Shown: piece by piece, positions 19,763 to 29,357 of the stretch
Numbering within the stretch: position 1 is the stretch's first letter
Layout of the letters: each line of letters starts with the position of its first letter
Assembly: GCA_963825055.1 (NCBI GenBank)
Contig: CAWGSK010000007.1
Location: forward strand, 64,001 to 128,000
Direction of reading: 5' to 3'
Source: an uncultured Gemmatimonadales bacterium
GTDB lineage: Bacteria > Gemmatimonadota > Gemmatimonadetes > Gemmatimonadales > GWC2-71-9
Length of the DNA stretch: 64,000 nt
Notes under the pieces: model-generated
Databases searched by the model: none
What the model saw: the letters and a program-made list of their open reading frames with translations, nothing else
What the model was told of the DNA's origin: nothing
Made by a program: the position numbers and the translations under genes

Positions 19763-22700
19763 CTAGAACAGGTAGCGCATGCCGACCTGGGCCTGCCGGG
19801 GCTCGCCGAGGCCGCTGCGGAACGTGCCGTCGAAGTTGAGGAAGAAGCCCGTCGCGGACGGATCCTTGAAGTTGTTGGTATTCGTCACGTTGAACACTTC
19901 CACGATGGCTTCCAGCATGCCGCCGCCCACCGGGAACGGCTTGCTGATGCGAACGTCCCACTGGAAGAACTGGTTGTCCTTGCGGATCGTGTTCCGCTTC
20001 AGGATGCTTCCGTCCGGGCAGATCCGGTCCTGCGGGCTGGTCGCCCGCTCACCGGTACCCTGGTTGTTGGCGCCGCACTTCTCGGAAGTCGGCTGCGCAG
20101 ACTGGAAGCTCACGCGGTTGTTGAGGTAAATGTCGCCGGGCACCCGGGCGAGCAGCCAGGCGTTCACCCGATGACGCTGGTCGCGGTCGCTCCAGTTGTA
20201 TTCGGGCGCCAGGTTGTCGGCCTGGGCGTACCGGAAGCTGAAGGGATCGCGTTCGTTGTCATCGTCCGCCTTGTCGAACGAGAGCGTGTAGTTGGCCTGG
20301 AACTGCAGGTTGGGATTCCGGACCCGCTTGAGCGACACGGTGAATCCGTTGTAGCGGGACCTGGCACTGCTCTCCACCACGGTCAGCGTCCCAATGCCGT
20401 TTCCTCCAGAGAGGCCGGTCGCCCACGGGCTGCCAAACACCGGATCGTTCCGGTTGATGAACCGGGTCAGGTTGTCGGTGGCCGCGTGGGTGTAGGTGAG
20501 GGTGGCGGCCATGTCGCCCCCGAGGGCCTGCTCGAAGCTGAACGACGTGCTGAAGGTACGGGGGTTCTGGAAGTCCTTGTCCATGACGAAGACCCCCGGC
20601 TGGAACGGGACGCCCGCGGGAGCAGGGAGCAGCTCGCCATAGTTCGGCGGTGGGCCCAGGATCCCCGTCAGCTCGCTGTTGCGGAAGATCGACTGGCCGA
20701 TGGAACCGTTGGTGCTCCGGATGCTCGCGAGGTTCAGGCCGGGAATCCTGGCGTAGTACAGGCCGGCGGAGGCCCGCACCACCTGGCGGGCATCGTCATT
20801 GATGTCCCAGGCGATGCCGAGCCGCGGCTGCCACATGCCCTTGTCTGACTTGAGGGTGCCGTCGGACGGGAAGGTGTAGGTGCCCGTGGCGTTCGTGACG
20901 GTCTGGCCGATGAACGGGGCAAAGAACACCTGGTCGGGCGGGGTGAGCGGGTCGGGCAGGATCTGGGCTTCCCAACGAAGGCCGTAGTCGACGGTCAGGT
21001 TGGACCGCGGCTTCCAGGAATCCTGGATGTAGCCGGCGAGTTCATGGATCGGAATCGCCTGCGTGCCGGACTCTTCCAGCGACAGTCCGTTCACGCCCGC
21101 CTGCTGCAGGTACAGCACAACAGGGCCCGTGATGCTCGCCAGGGGATCGAGGCAGGCGCCGGTCGTGCTCGTGGTACCATCGGAGCATTCCACATACCCG
21201 TTCCCGAACTCGACGTAGTTCAGGAAACCGTTCACCGAACTGAACGCCATCCGGCCGTTGCCGAACCCTATGAAGGTCTGGTTTTCCTCGGTCCGGTTCC
21301 ACTCGGCCCCGGCCTTGAAGAAGTGGTTGCCCTTCACGAAGGAAATGTTGTCCAGGATCTGGATGCGGGTGTCATACGACTTCACCGGCAGGAAGAACGG
21401 CATGCCGAACCGGTACCCCGTGAAGGAGACGTCGGTGTCCGGGAAGGGGCGGCTGGTCGCCGGGTTGATCGCCCCGTCGTAGGGCCGCGGCCGGTTCTCC
21501 CGCGCGTACTGGAATCGGAACTCGTTCGACACCGCAGAGGAGAATATGGACGACAGGCTGCCGTTGACAGCGTGGGAATTGTCCTTCTCCACGCCGTTGG
21601 CACTCGCGCCCCAGAGGTCCACGTCGAAGGTCCCGTTCGCCTGCTCGGAGCGGGTGTAGTTGTACTTGAGCGAGGCCGTGTGCCTGGGGCTCAGGTTGAA
21701 GTCCAGCTTCGCCAGCAGCACGTTGGCGTTGTCGGTCCGCTTGATCGGGCCGAAGTCGCCCTGCAGCGCGCCGTTGAACGCCGTGTCCGTAAAGGCCACC
21801 AGGGCTGGATCGATCAGGCCGAGCCGGTCCTTCTGCTTGATGGATGAGGCTTCCTGCTGGTCGTAGGCGACGAAGAAGAACGCCTTGTCCCGCGCGATGG
21901 GTCCGCCCAGGGTGAACCCGAACTGGTGTTGCGAGTAATCGGGCTCAAATCCACTGAAAATCCCGCTGGACCCGTAGTTGGCCGACAGGGCGTCGTACTT
22001 CCCGAAGTAATGCGCCGAGCCGTGGAGCTCGTTGGTGCCCGACTTGGTGATCACGTTCACGAACCCGCCGCCGGAGCGCCCGAATTCCGCGTTGGCGCCC
22101 TGGCTCACCACTACAACCTCCTGGACGGCGTCCAGGTTGAAGGTGAAGGGGGGCCGCTGGCCGCCGCGCTGCTCGCCGAAGAACGGATTGTTGAAGTCGG
22201 CGCCGTCCACCGAGACGTTGTTGTGGATGCCGCGCTGCCCGCCGATGCTCAGTTCGTCCCCGTCAGGCCCCTGGACAATCGCCACGTTGGGGGTGAGCAA
22301 TGTCAGGTTCAGGAAATTCCGGCCATTGTTGGGCAGACCCTCCACCACCTGTTCGCCCAGCCGGGTGGCAGATTCGGTCCGTGAGGGATCTACCGCCGGT
22401 TCCTCAGCAGCGACCGTAACCTCCTCCAGCTGGACCACTTCCGGAGCCAGGCGGAAGTCCAGGCTCTGGGTCTCGCCCAGGCGCAGCTGGACGTTCTGCC
22501 GGCGGGAAGCCCGGTATCCCACGAATCGAGCCATCACGTTGTAGGTGCCGACGCGCAGCAGCGTGGCTACATAGGCTCCCTGGTCATTGGTGGTGATCGA
22601 CCGCATGGCGTTGGTCTCGAGGTTCCGAAGCTCGATCTCCGCGCCGGCCAGAGGGCGTCCGGTGCTGTCCATCACTGTGCCACGGATGACGCCGGTCGTC

Positions 22701-22795
22701 GCCTGGGCCTGGGCGGTCAGGCCGGTGGGAATGGCCAGCGCCAGGCAGGCGACCAGTGCCGGGAGGATTCGGGACCACCCATGCTCGGGGGACAT
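19763..22795 (-). CDS. TonB-dependent receptor, Oar-like, with carboxypeptidase-regulatory-like N-domain
   Basis: Signal peptide; LPNNGRNFLNL, VDGADFNN, AEFGRSGGG and NVITKSGTN plug motifs; C-terminal RYLF. Confidence 0.92.
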   Translation of the reverse strand: MSPEHGWSRILPALVACLALAIPTGLTAQAQATTGVIRGTVMDSTGRPLAGAEIELRNLETNAMRSITTNDQGAYVATLLRVGTYNVMARFVGYRASRRQNVQLRLGETQSLDFRLAPEVVQLEEVTVAAEEPAVDPSRTESATRLGEQVVEGLPNNGRNFLNLTLLTPNVAIVQGPDGDELSIGGQRGIHNNVSVDGADFNNPFFGEQRGGQRPPFTFNLDAVQEVVVVSQGANAEFGRSGGGFVNVITKSGTNELHGSAHYFGKYDALSANYGSSGIFSGFEPDYSQHQFGFTLGGPIARDKAFFFVAYDQQEASSIKQKDRLGLIDPALVAFTDTAFNGALQGDFGPIKRTDNANVLLAKLDFNLSPRHTASLKYNYTRSEQANGTFDVDLWGASANGVEKDNSHAVNGSLSSIFSSAVSNEFRFQYARENRPRPYDGAINPATSRPFPDTDVSFTGYRFGMPFFLPVKSYDTRIQILDNISFVKGNHFFKAGAEWNRTEENQTFIGFGNGRMAFSSVNGFLNYVEFGNGYVECSDGTTSTTGACLDPLASITGPVVLYLQQAGVNGLSLEESGTQAIPIHELAGYIQDSWKPRSNLTVDYGLRWEAQILPDPLTPPDQVFFAPFIGQTVTNATGTYTFPSDGTLKSDKGMWQPRLGIAWDINDDARQVVRASAGLYYARIPGLNLASIRSTNGSIGQSIFRNSELTGILGPPPNYGELLPAPAGVPFQPGVFVMDKDFQNPRTFSTSFSFEQALGGDMAATLTYTHAATDNLTRFINRNDPVFGSPWATGLSGGNGIGTLTVVESSARSRYNGFTVSLKRVRNPNLQFQANYTLSFDKADDDNERDPFSFRYAQADNLAPEYNWSDRDQRHRVNAWLLARVPGDIYLNNRVSFQSAQPTSEKCGANNQGTGERATSPQDRICPDGSILKRNTIRKDNQFFQWDVRISKPFPVGGGMLEAIVEVFNVTNTNNFKDPSATGFFLNFDGTFRSGLGEPRQAQVGMRYLF

Positions 22796-22878
22796 CGCGG
22801 CTCCTAGTCTTGGGGGGCGCCCGGGACGCGGGCTCGGAGGAATCGGACCACGGTATGGGACGAGCGGGAGTTGCGCAA

Positions 22879-22921
22879 GGGAAGGGGGCGGCGACCGTTC
22901 CCGGCCGCCGCCCCCGTTCCC
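22879..22921 (-). terminator. GC stem-loop after the oxidase subunit I gene
   Basis: gggaa-gggggcggcg...cgccgccccc-g-ttccc inverted repeat 16 nt past the stop. Confidence 0.6.
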
Positions 22922-22936
22922 CGATCCGGGGAGGCC

Positions 22937-24598
22937 TCAGAATGGCTTGAAGCCGGGGCTCCCGTATCGGGTCAGGTGGAAGATGTCCCAGAGCGGAATT
23001 GCATAGGCGATGATCGCCACGACCACGGCGATGATGAACCACAGCCCCAGCCGGTCCCAGATCCCCGACTTGTACCCGCCCTCCGGCTCGCTGAGCGCCT
23101 CCGCCCACTCGATGGCGGCCGGCACGGTCTTCTTCCCCGCCAGCAGGGTGCCCAGCATGACCATCACGAAGAGCGCCGCGCTCGCGAAGAGCACGATGCC
23201 GCCCACGGCCGAGATATCGGTGACCCAGCGCCAGGTCTCGGCCTGGGGCGCGCCGTTGTAGTCAGTCTGGAAGATCCGCCGCGGCATCCCCATCAGGCCG
23301 GCGATGTGGTTGATGATGCCGAAGAGGCACATCCCGATGAACCAGAGGTAGGGCTGGACCTTCGCCAGAAGCCCGAGCTCCAGTTCGCGCCCGGTCACCC
23401 GGGGGACCAGGTAGTAGCAGGCTCCCATGAACGTGAGCGCGGCCGCGCTGCCCACCGTCAGGTGAAAGTGTGCGTGGATCCAGGCGGTATTGTGCACGAC
23501 GGAGTTGAGCGCGTAGGCCGCGTTCACCGCGCCGCCGAAGCCCCCCACCAGGAACAGCAGCATCGCGAGCAGGACGCTCGCCACCGTCGGGTCTCCCCAG
23601 GGAAGGCGGCGGATCCAGCCGAAGAGGCCCGTGCCGCCACGCAGCCGGCCCGCCACCTCGAGCGAGGCGCAGATCGTAAACGCCGTCACCAGGCTCGGGA
23701 ACGAGATGATCATCGTATTGAACGTGTGGAACAGCTTCCAGGAGCTGGGGATACCCGGATCCTGGAACTGGTGGTGCAGCCCGACCGGCACGGAGAGAAT
23801 CAGGAACATGGTGAACACCATCCGGCCGAGCGGGTCGGAGAAGAGCTTCCCGCCCGCGAGCTTCGGCAGCAGGGTGTACCAGACGGTGTAGGCTGGCAGG
23901 ATCCAGAAGTACACCAGGGGATGCCCGAAGAACCAGAACAGGGTCCGCGCCAGCAGCGGATCCACCTTGTCCGTAATCCCGAGCGACCATGGGATGAGCT
24001 GGAAGAGCATCTCCGAGGCCACGCCCATGGTGGCCAGGAGCCAGAGCATGGCGTTGGCCGCGGTCGCGTGCATCGCGAGGCTGGTGACGCCCTGCCGCCT
24101 GCGGGACTCGCGCCAGGAGGCGATCATGCTCGCGCACCAGCCCCACGATCCCACCACCACCAGCGTCAGCCCGATATAGAACAGGGGGTGCGCCTGGAGC
24201 GGCGGATAGAAGGTGTAGAGCACGCTCGACTTGAACGTGAGGATGGTGTACGCGGCCATCACCGTGCCGGCGACGGCCAGCCAGAACATTGCCCAGCCGA
24301 AGCGGGCCCAGGTGATGTGCCCGTTCTCCTTCCGGGCGATCACGTAGCCGTAGCCCATGATGAAGAAGGTGGTGAACACCAGCGCCATCAGGACGCCATG
24401 CGCGGTGACCGACATGTAGTACATCCGCGCCGAGCGGAACGGCAGCTCCAGGTTCGCACGGCTGAGCGCCTGCATCACCGCCATGGCCGCGGCGACCCCG
24501 AAGGCAACGATGGCGACCCAGAAATGGCCCGTGATGAGGCGGCGCTCGCTGCCGGCAGCGCCTTCCTGGCCGGTCGTGGTGGCCTCAGTGCCCGTCAT
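22937..24598 (-). CDS. cbaA: Heme-copper oxygen reductase subunit I, B family (ba3-type)
   Basis: TAHGVLMA, LFWFFGHPLVYFWILPAY, GLHHQFQDPGI, PSLVTAFT, HFH and GMPRR motifs. Confidence 0.93.
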   Translation of the reverse strand: MTGTEATTTGQEGAAGSERRLITGHFWVAIVAFGVAAAMAVMQALSRANLELPFRSARMYYMSVTAHGVLMALVFTTFFIMGYGYVIARKENGHITWARFGWAMFWLAVAGTVMAAYTILTFKSSVLYTFYPPLQAHPLFYIGLTLVVVGSWGWCASMIASWRESRRRQGVTSLAMHATAANAMLWLLATMGVASEMLFQLIPWSLGITDKVDPLLARTLFWFFGHPLVYFWILPAYTVWYTLLPKLAGGKLFSDPLGRMVFTMFLILSVPVGLHHQFQDPGIPSSWKLFHTFNTMIISFPSLVTAFTICASLEVAGRLRGGTGLFGWIRRLPWGDPTVASVLLAMLLFLVGGFGGAVNAAYALNSVVHNTAWIHAHFHLTVGSAAALTFMGACYYLVPRVTGRELELGLLAKVQPYLWFIGMCLFGIINHIAGLMGMPRRIFQTDYNGAPQAETWRWVTDISAVGGIVLFASAALFVMVMLGTLLAGKKTVPAAIEWAEALSEPEGGYKSGIWDRLGLWFIIAVVVAIIAYAIPLWDIFHLTRYGSPGFKPF

Positions 24599-25124
24599 GG
24601 CTCGCCTCGCTCACGGTGAAGGGAATCGGACCGGGCGCCGGGGCCTCCCAGGCGTCGGACGGGACGACATGCATCTTGCCGGACATGGTATGGTGCCCGA
24701 TGCCGCAGTATTCGTTGCAGGCGATCAGGTACTCCCCTTCGCTGAACCGGGTGGTGAACTGGCTCACGTAGCCGGGGATGACCATCGACTGGCCGTTCGT
24801 GCGGACGATCTCGAAGCCATGTATCACGTCAGGTGAGGTGACGTGGAACGTGACCGGTTTACCGGCGGGCAGCGTGAACTCCGACGGAAGCCATACGAAC
24901 ATCATGCCGACGAGGGTCACGTGGATGTTGCCCTTCTCGTCCACCGCGACCCCCTGCCGGGCGAAGCGCGGATCGCGCAGGACCGTCGTCGGGTCGATGG
25001 TTTCGACGTGACTCGGCGGGGCGATCTGCTTCGTGATGGCCGTGAACGCCGTACTCGCGAAGAAACAGGCGAGGATCACGGCCACGCCCCACATCCAGAC
25101 CTTCTCGTAGAGGTCTACCTTCAT
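24585..25124 (-). CDS. cbaB: ba3-type oxidase subunit II (CuA)
   Basis: Single N-terminal TM (DLYEKVW); DVIHGF and CNEYCGIGHHTM CuA ligands. Confidence 0.93.
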   Translation of the reverse strand: MKVDLYEKVWMWGVAVILACFFASTAFTAITKQIAPPSHVETIDPTTVLRDPRFARQGVAVDEKGNIHVTLVGMMFVWLPSEFTLPAGKPVTFHVTSPDVIHGFEIVRTNGQSMVIPGYVSQFTTRFSEGEYLIACNEYCGIGHHTMSGKMHVVPSDAWEAPAPGPIPFTVSEASHDGH

Positions 25125-25261
25125 GGCGTCACCGGCTGGCGGGCGAGGAAGATGAAGGTGTAGATCGCGAACCAGGCGATCACGAACAGCACCGCATACA
25201 GCCCCACGAACGCGAAGGTACCGATGGGGTGTTTCGGCAGGCCCGGCGGCATCTCGGACAT
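25121..25261 (-). CDS. ba3-type oxidase small subunit IIa
   Basis: 46 aa single TM KHPIGTFAFVGLYAVLFVIAWFAIYTFIFLAR, resembling Thermus subunit IIa; GGAG RBS; stop overlaps the cbaB ATG. Confidence 0.8.
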   Translation of the reverse strand: MSEMPPGLPKHPIGTFAFVGLYAVLFVIAWFAIYTFIFLARQPVTP

Positions 25262-25371
25262 AGGAGGGTTCTCCCCGGTGAAAGAGGGTGGCGCAGCGGG
25301 GCTCTCCGGCCCCGGGTCTGTCGGGAAACGCACCTAAGGTATGGCAAACCTGTGAAGTTCACTGCAAGGAA

Positions 25372-27216
25372 TCATGAAGAATCAGCCGGGGGCGCACCAG
25401 ATGCGCGCAGGGCGTTCACGATCACGAGAAGGTCGATGCCCTCCTGCAACAGGGCGCCGGGCGTGGGGGCGATGATCCCCGCGGCCGCCAGCACCATGGC
25501 CGAAAGGCTCAACCCCATCCCGATGCCGACGCTCTGGCGGGCGATCCGCATGGTGTAGCGGCTCAGCCGGATGGCGAGGGTGAGGTGGGCGGGATCGTTC
25601 CCGAGCAGCACGAGATCGGCTGTCTCCGCGGCGATCCCTCCTCCCCCGGCTGCCAGCGCCACCCCGACGTCCGCCGCGCCCAGTGCGGGTGCATCGTTGG
25701 TCCCGTCCCCGACCATCGCCACCCGCTCGCCCTCAGCCCGCAGCCGGTGCATGATGGCCACCTTGGCGGCCGGGAGCAGGTCGCCGTGGGCCTCGGTGAA
25801 GCCGGCTGCGCGGGCCACCTCATCCACGGCGGCGGCATGGTCACCCGAGACCAGGACGAGCCGGTGCACCCCGAGGCGCCCCAGCTCCTCCAGGAAGTCG
25901 CGGACACCCGGACGGAGCATATCCCCGTACTCGAGGACCGCCGCCGGTTCACCGTCGATCACCACGTACGCACAGGCGTGGTCCCCTGACGCCAGGGCGT
26001 CCAGCCTGGCGGCGGGCGAGGGGTGGTGCTCGCGGATGAACGAGGGGCTTCCCACCCAGACGTCGTGGGCCTCCGCGGTCCCGCGGACACCCTCCCCGGG
26101 CCATTCCCTGATTTCCCCGGCCAGCACCACCTGCATCCCGGCTTCGCGGGCTGCCGCCACCACCGGGGCGGCCATGACGTGGGAGCTGCCGAGCTCGACG
26201 CCGGCGGCGAGTCGCAGGATGTCCGGCCTCGTGAAATGGTCGGCCGCCTGCACGCCCACGATCCGGGGCTCGCCACCGGTGAGGGTGCCGGTCTTGTCGA
26301 AGGCGGCGGCCGTAATGGACCCCAGCTGCTCGAGCGCGGTCCCGTTCCTGAAGATGAGCCGCTGGCGGGCGCCCTGGTTGATGCCGCCGATGATGGCGAC
26401 CGGGACCGCCAGGAGCAGGGGGCACGGCGTTGCCACCACGAGCACCGCGAGCACCCGGGATGAGTCTCCACTCACCAGCCACGCGATTGCACAAGCTCCC
26501 AGGGTCAGTGGAGTGAACCAGACCGCGTATCGGTCCGCCAGCCGCTGGAAGGGAGACTTGCTGGCCTGGGCGGAGCGGACCAGCTCGACGATCCGGGCGT
26601 ACTGGCTTTCCCCGGCGATCGCCGTGGCCTCGAGGACCAGCGCTGCCCCGTCACCGTTCTGGCTTCCCGACAGGAGGCTGGTGCCGGGGCCGGCGGAGAT
26701 GGGAAGGGGCTCCCCGGTGATGCGGGCGGTGTCCACCCAGGAGTGGCCCTCGCGGACAACCCCGTCGCAGGGAATCATCTCTCCCGGGCGGACGACCAGC
26801 CGGTCGCCCACTGCGATGGCGTCCACCGGGATGTCGTGTGCCTCGGGGTCGAGCCGGTGGGCAATCGTGGGTGCCAGCGCCTCGAGTTCCTGTACCGCGC
26901 GTGTCGCCCGGCCTTCGGCGAAGCGCTCGAGCGCCTCGCCTCCGGTCTGCATCAGGACGATGACCAGACCCGGGAGGGGCATCGCCAGGAGGATGGCGGT
27001 CACGATGGCAAGGGTAGCGACGAGGTCGGCAGCAAAACGGAGGTGGACCAGGCCGCGCGCGGTGCGCCAGACGACCGGGGCGCCGGTCAGCACGAGGCCC
27101 AGCAGCAGTACGCGCCCGCCGGCCTCGGGCCCTGCGATCCCCCGGACCACCAGCCCGGCGGCAAGGAAGGCTATGACGGCCGCCGGCAGGATCACCGCCC
27201 GCGGCAGGTGTTTCAC
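25372..27216 (-). CDS. Heavy-metal P-type ATPase, P1B-5-like
   Basis: ITGEP, ATPCP, DKTGT, GDGTND and LLQEGID motifs; no N-terminal metal-binding domain. Confidence 0.92.
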   Translation of the reverse strand: MKHLPRAVILPAAVIAFLAAGLVVRGIAGPEAGGRVLLLGLVLTGAPVVWRTARGLVHLRFAADLVATLAIVTAILLAMPLPGLVIVLMQTGGEALERFAEGRATRAVQELEALAPTIAHRLDPEAHDIPVDAIAVGDRLVVRPGEMIPCDGVVREGHSWVDTARITGEPLPISAGPGTSLLSGSQNGDGAALVLEATAIAGESQYARIVELVRSAQASKSPFQRLADRYAVWFTPLTLGACAIAWLVSGDSSRVLAVLVVATPCPLLLAVPVAIIGGINQGARQRLIFRNGTALEQLGSITAAAFDKTGTLTGGEPRIVGVQAADHFTRPDILRLAAGVELGSSHVMAAPVVAAAREAGMQVVLAGEIREWPGEGVRGTAEAHDVWVGSPSFIREHHPSPAARLDALASGDHACAYVVIDGEPAAVLEYGDMLRPGVRDFLEELGRLGVHRLVLVSGDHAAAVDEVARAAGFTEAHGDLLPAAKVAIMHRLRAEGERVAMVGDGTNDAPALGAADVGVALAAGGGGIAAETADLVLLGNDPAHLTLAIRLSRYTMRIARQSVGIGMGLSLSAMVLAAAGIIAPTPGALLQEGIDLLVIVNALRASGAPPADSS

Positions 27217-27935
27217 GACCTGGCGGACTGATCCGTGCTGCGGCGGTGACGCGCCCTGTGGTTCTCGGGGAGGCGCAGCAGGAACCCGACGCCGCGGATG
27301 GTCTGGATCAGCGTCTGTCCCGCCGCCTTCGTCAACTTGCGCCGGAGATTGCCCACGTGAACGTCGACCACGTTGCTTTCAGGGTCGAAGTGCATGTCCC
27401 ACACCTTCTCCAGCAGCGTCGTGCGCTTCACGACCTCCTCCGGGTGCAGGAGGAAGTACTCCATGAGCTGGAATTCCTTCGGCGTGAGTTCGAGCGGTTC
27501 GCTCTCCACCGTGCAGCTGTGGCGGAGCCGGTCGAGCGACACGGATCCATAGCGGAGGACCTCAAGCTGCGAGGTGCCGCCGCGGCGGTGCAGGGCCCGG
27601 ATGCGCGCCAGGAGCTCGTCGAACTTGAAAGGCTTGGCCAGGTAGTCGTCCGCCCCGGCATCGAGGCCGCGGACCACGTCCTCGGTGCTGTCCCGTGAGG
27701 TCAGCATCAGGATCGGCGTGTCGCGCCCCTCGCGCCGCAGCTCGGCGGCCACCTGGAACCCGTTCTTCTTGGGCAGGACGATGTCCAGAAGGATCACGTC
27801 ATAGTCGTAGACGTGGGCCAGCATGGTGGCTTCATCGCCGTCCGGGGCGACGTCCACCACATAGCCTTCCTCCTTCAGGCCCTGCTCGATGAATCCGGCG
27901 ACCTTCCGGTCGTCCTCCACGACGAGAATCTTCAT
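27213..27935 (-). CDS. OmpR/PhoB-family response regulator
   Basis: MKILVVEDD, GLDAGADDYLAKPF, SNVVDVHVGNLRRKL and TIRGVGF motifs; ATG at 27935. Confidence 0.95.
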   Translation of the reverse strand: MKILVVEDDRKVAGFIEQGLKEEGYVVDVAPDGDEATMLAHVYDYDVILLDIVLPKKNGFQVAAELRREGRDTPILMLTSRDSTEDVVRGLDAGADDYLAKPFKFDELLARIRALHRRGGTSQLEVLRYGSVSLDRLRHSCTVESEPLELTPKEFQLMEYFLLHPEEVVKRTTLLEKVWDMHFDPESNVVDVHVGNLRRKLTKAAGQTLIQTIRGVGFLLRLPENHRARHRRSTDQSARS

Positions 27936-27993
27936 AGTCGACAATCTCGGCAGCGGAAGCTGAAGTATAAAGGAACCGACCCTGAAGGTCGCT

Positions 27994-29277
27994 TCATGAA
28001 CGTCTTGCCGGGAGGTCGAGGTGGAAGCAGCCGCCGCGGCCGGGCCAGGCCTCCGCCAGGACGTCACCTCCCAGAAGGCGGGCGAGCCGGCGCGAGAGGG
28101 GCAGGCCGAGCCCGGCCCCGTGGCCTTCCTCGTCCGGATTGGTGACGTAGATGTCAAAGATGGCCTCCAGGTCTTCCTCCCGCACGCCGGGCCCCTCGTC
28201 CTCGACGGTGATCCGGATCGCGCCGGGCGCCAGCCGGGCGGTGACGGTCACGGTCGATTCCTGCGGCGCGTGCTTGATTGCGTTGGTCAGGAGGTTCCCC
28301 AGGATCTGCTCGATCCGGTTCTGGTCCGTCTGGCAGGTCGATACATCCTCGTCCACCTCCACCGCGACCGTCACCGACTTCGCCTCGGCCGCGGGCTGGA
28401 CCCTCGACACCGCCCGCTGGATGACCACGGGACAGCGGACCTCCCGGATCACCGGCTTGAGCCTGTCCTCGTCGAGTCGGCTCAGGTCCAGCAGGTCGTT
28501 GATGAGTTCGATAGCCTGCCCCGCAGAGTCGAGGACTTCATATGCCGCGGCAGGTACGCTGGTGGGATCCTTCCGACGGACCATCAGCTCCGCCCATCCG
28601 TACGTGGCTGCGAGCGCGTTCCGGAGCTCGTGGTTGACCATCGCGAAGAACCTTTCCCTCGCCCGGTGCAGGTGCTGTACTTCCTCGAGGAGGCGCGCGC
28701 TCTCCTCATGCAGTCGGGCGTTTTCCACCGCGGCCGCCACCTGGTTGGCGAAGAGCATCGCCAGACGCTCATCCTCGTCGGTGAACTCACCTTCCCCGAT
28801 CTTCTCGGTGAGATACAGGTTGCCGAAGACCCCGCGGCGCCCCGAAACCGGAACGCCGAGGAAGGACTTCATGACAGGATGGTGCTTCGGGAAGCCGTAG
28901 GAGTCGGGATGCGCGGTCAAGTCAGCGAGCCTGATGACCCTGGGATGCCTGATGAGGAGCCCGAGGATCCCCCGGCCCCGCGGCAGCGCCCCGATCCTGC
29001 GATGGGCGGCCGGCTCGATGCCGGCGGTCACGAAGCTGGAGAGGGAAGTGCCATCCTCCGACAGGACCCCCAGTGCGGCATAGCGCGCGCCAATGACCTC
29101 GGTGGCGGTCTCCACGACCTTCTGCAGCACGCCTTCCAGTGACAGCTCCGACAGAAGCGCGGTGCTGACGTCCAGGAGTCGCTCGAGGCGGCGCTGAGGG
29201 ATGGCGACCGGACCCTGGCCGCCCTCCGCCTCACGCCCTTTTCGCTGCCGCTGGCTCTGGCTTCCTGAAGTTTTCAC
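27994..29277 (-). CDS. Cytoplasmic GAF histidine kinase with DosS/DosT-like GAF
   Basis: GRGILGLLI...HPDSYGFPKHHPVMKSFLGVP...FGNLYLTEK GAF; NHELRN H-box; NAIKH, DEGPG and GAGLGL motifs; no TM. Confidence 0.9.
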   Translation of the reverse strand: MKTSGSQSQRQRKGREAEGGQGPVAIPQRRLERLLDVSTALLSELSLEGVLQKVVETATEVIGARYAALGVLSEDGTSLSSFVTAGIEPAAHRRIGALPRGRGILGLLIRHPRVIRLADLTAHPDSYGFPKHHPVMKSFLGVPVSGRRGVFGNLYLTEKIGEGEFTDEDERLAMLFANQVAAAVENARLHEESARLLEEVQHLHRARERFFAMVNHELRNALAATYGWAELMVRRKDPTSVPAAAYEVLDSAGQAIELINDLLDLSRLDEDRLKPVIREVRCPVVIQRAVSRVQPAAEAKSVTVAVEVDEDVSTCQTDQNRIEQILGNLLTNAIKHAPQESTVTVTARLAPGAIRITVEDEGPGVREEDLEAIFDIYVTNPDEEGHGAGLGLPLSRRLARLLGGDVLAEAWPGRGGCFHLDLPARRS

Positions 29278-29357
29278 GGTCTCTTCATCTCCATGCGGGT
29301 AAGCTCGGGTCGTACTGTGCCCCGTCCCGTCCTCGGCTGTCCCGCTGCCTCCTGCCC

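Noticed and set aside
22937..24598. Nitric oxide reductase completing denitrification
   Set aside because: The active-site Tyr (HPLVY) and K-channel-like residues indicate an O2 reductase.
25351..25366. FNR/CRP or Rex box upstream of cba (GTGAA-G-TTCAC palindrome)
   Set aside because: The spacing matches neither TTGAT-N4-ATCAA, TGTGA-N6-TCACA nor TTGTGAA-N4-TTCACAA.
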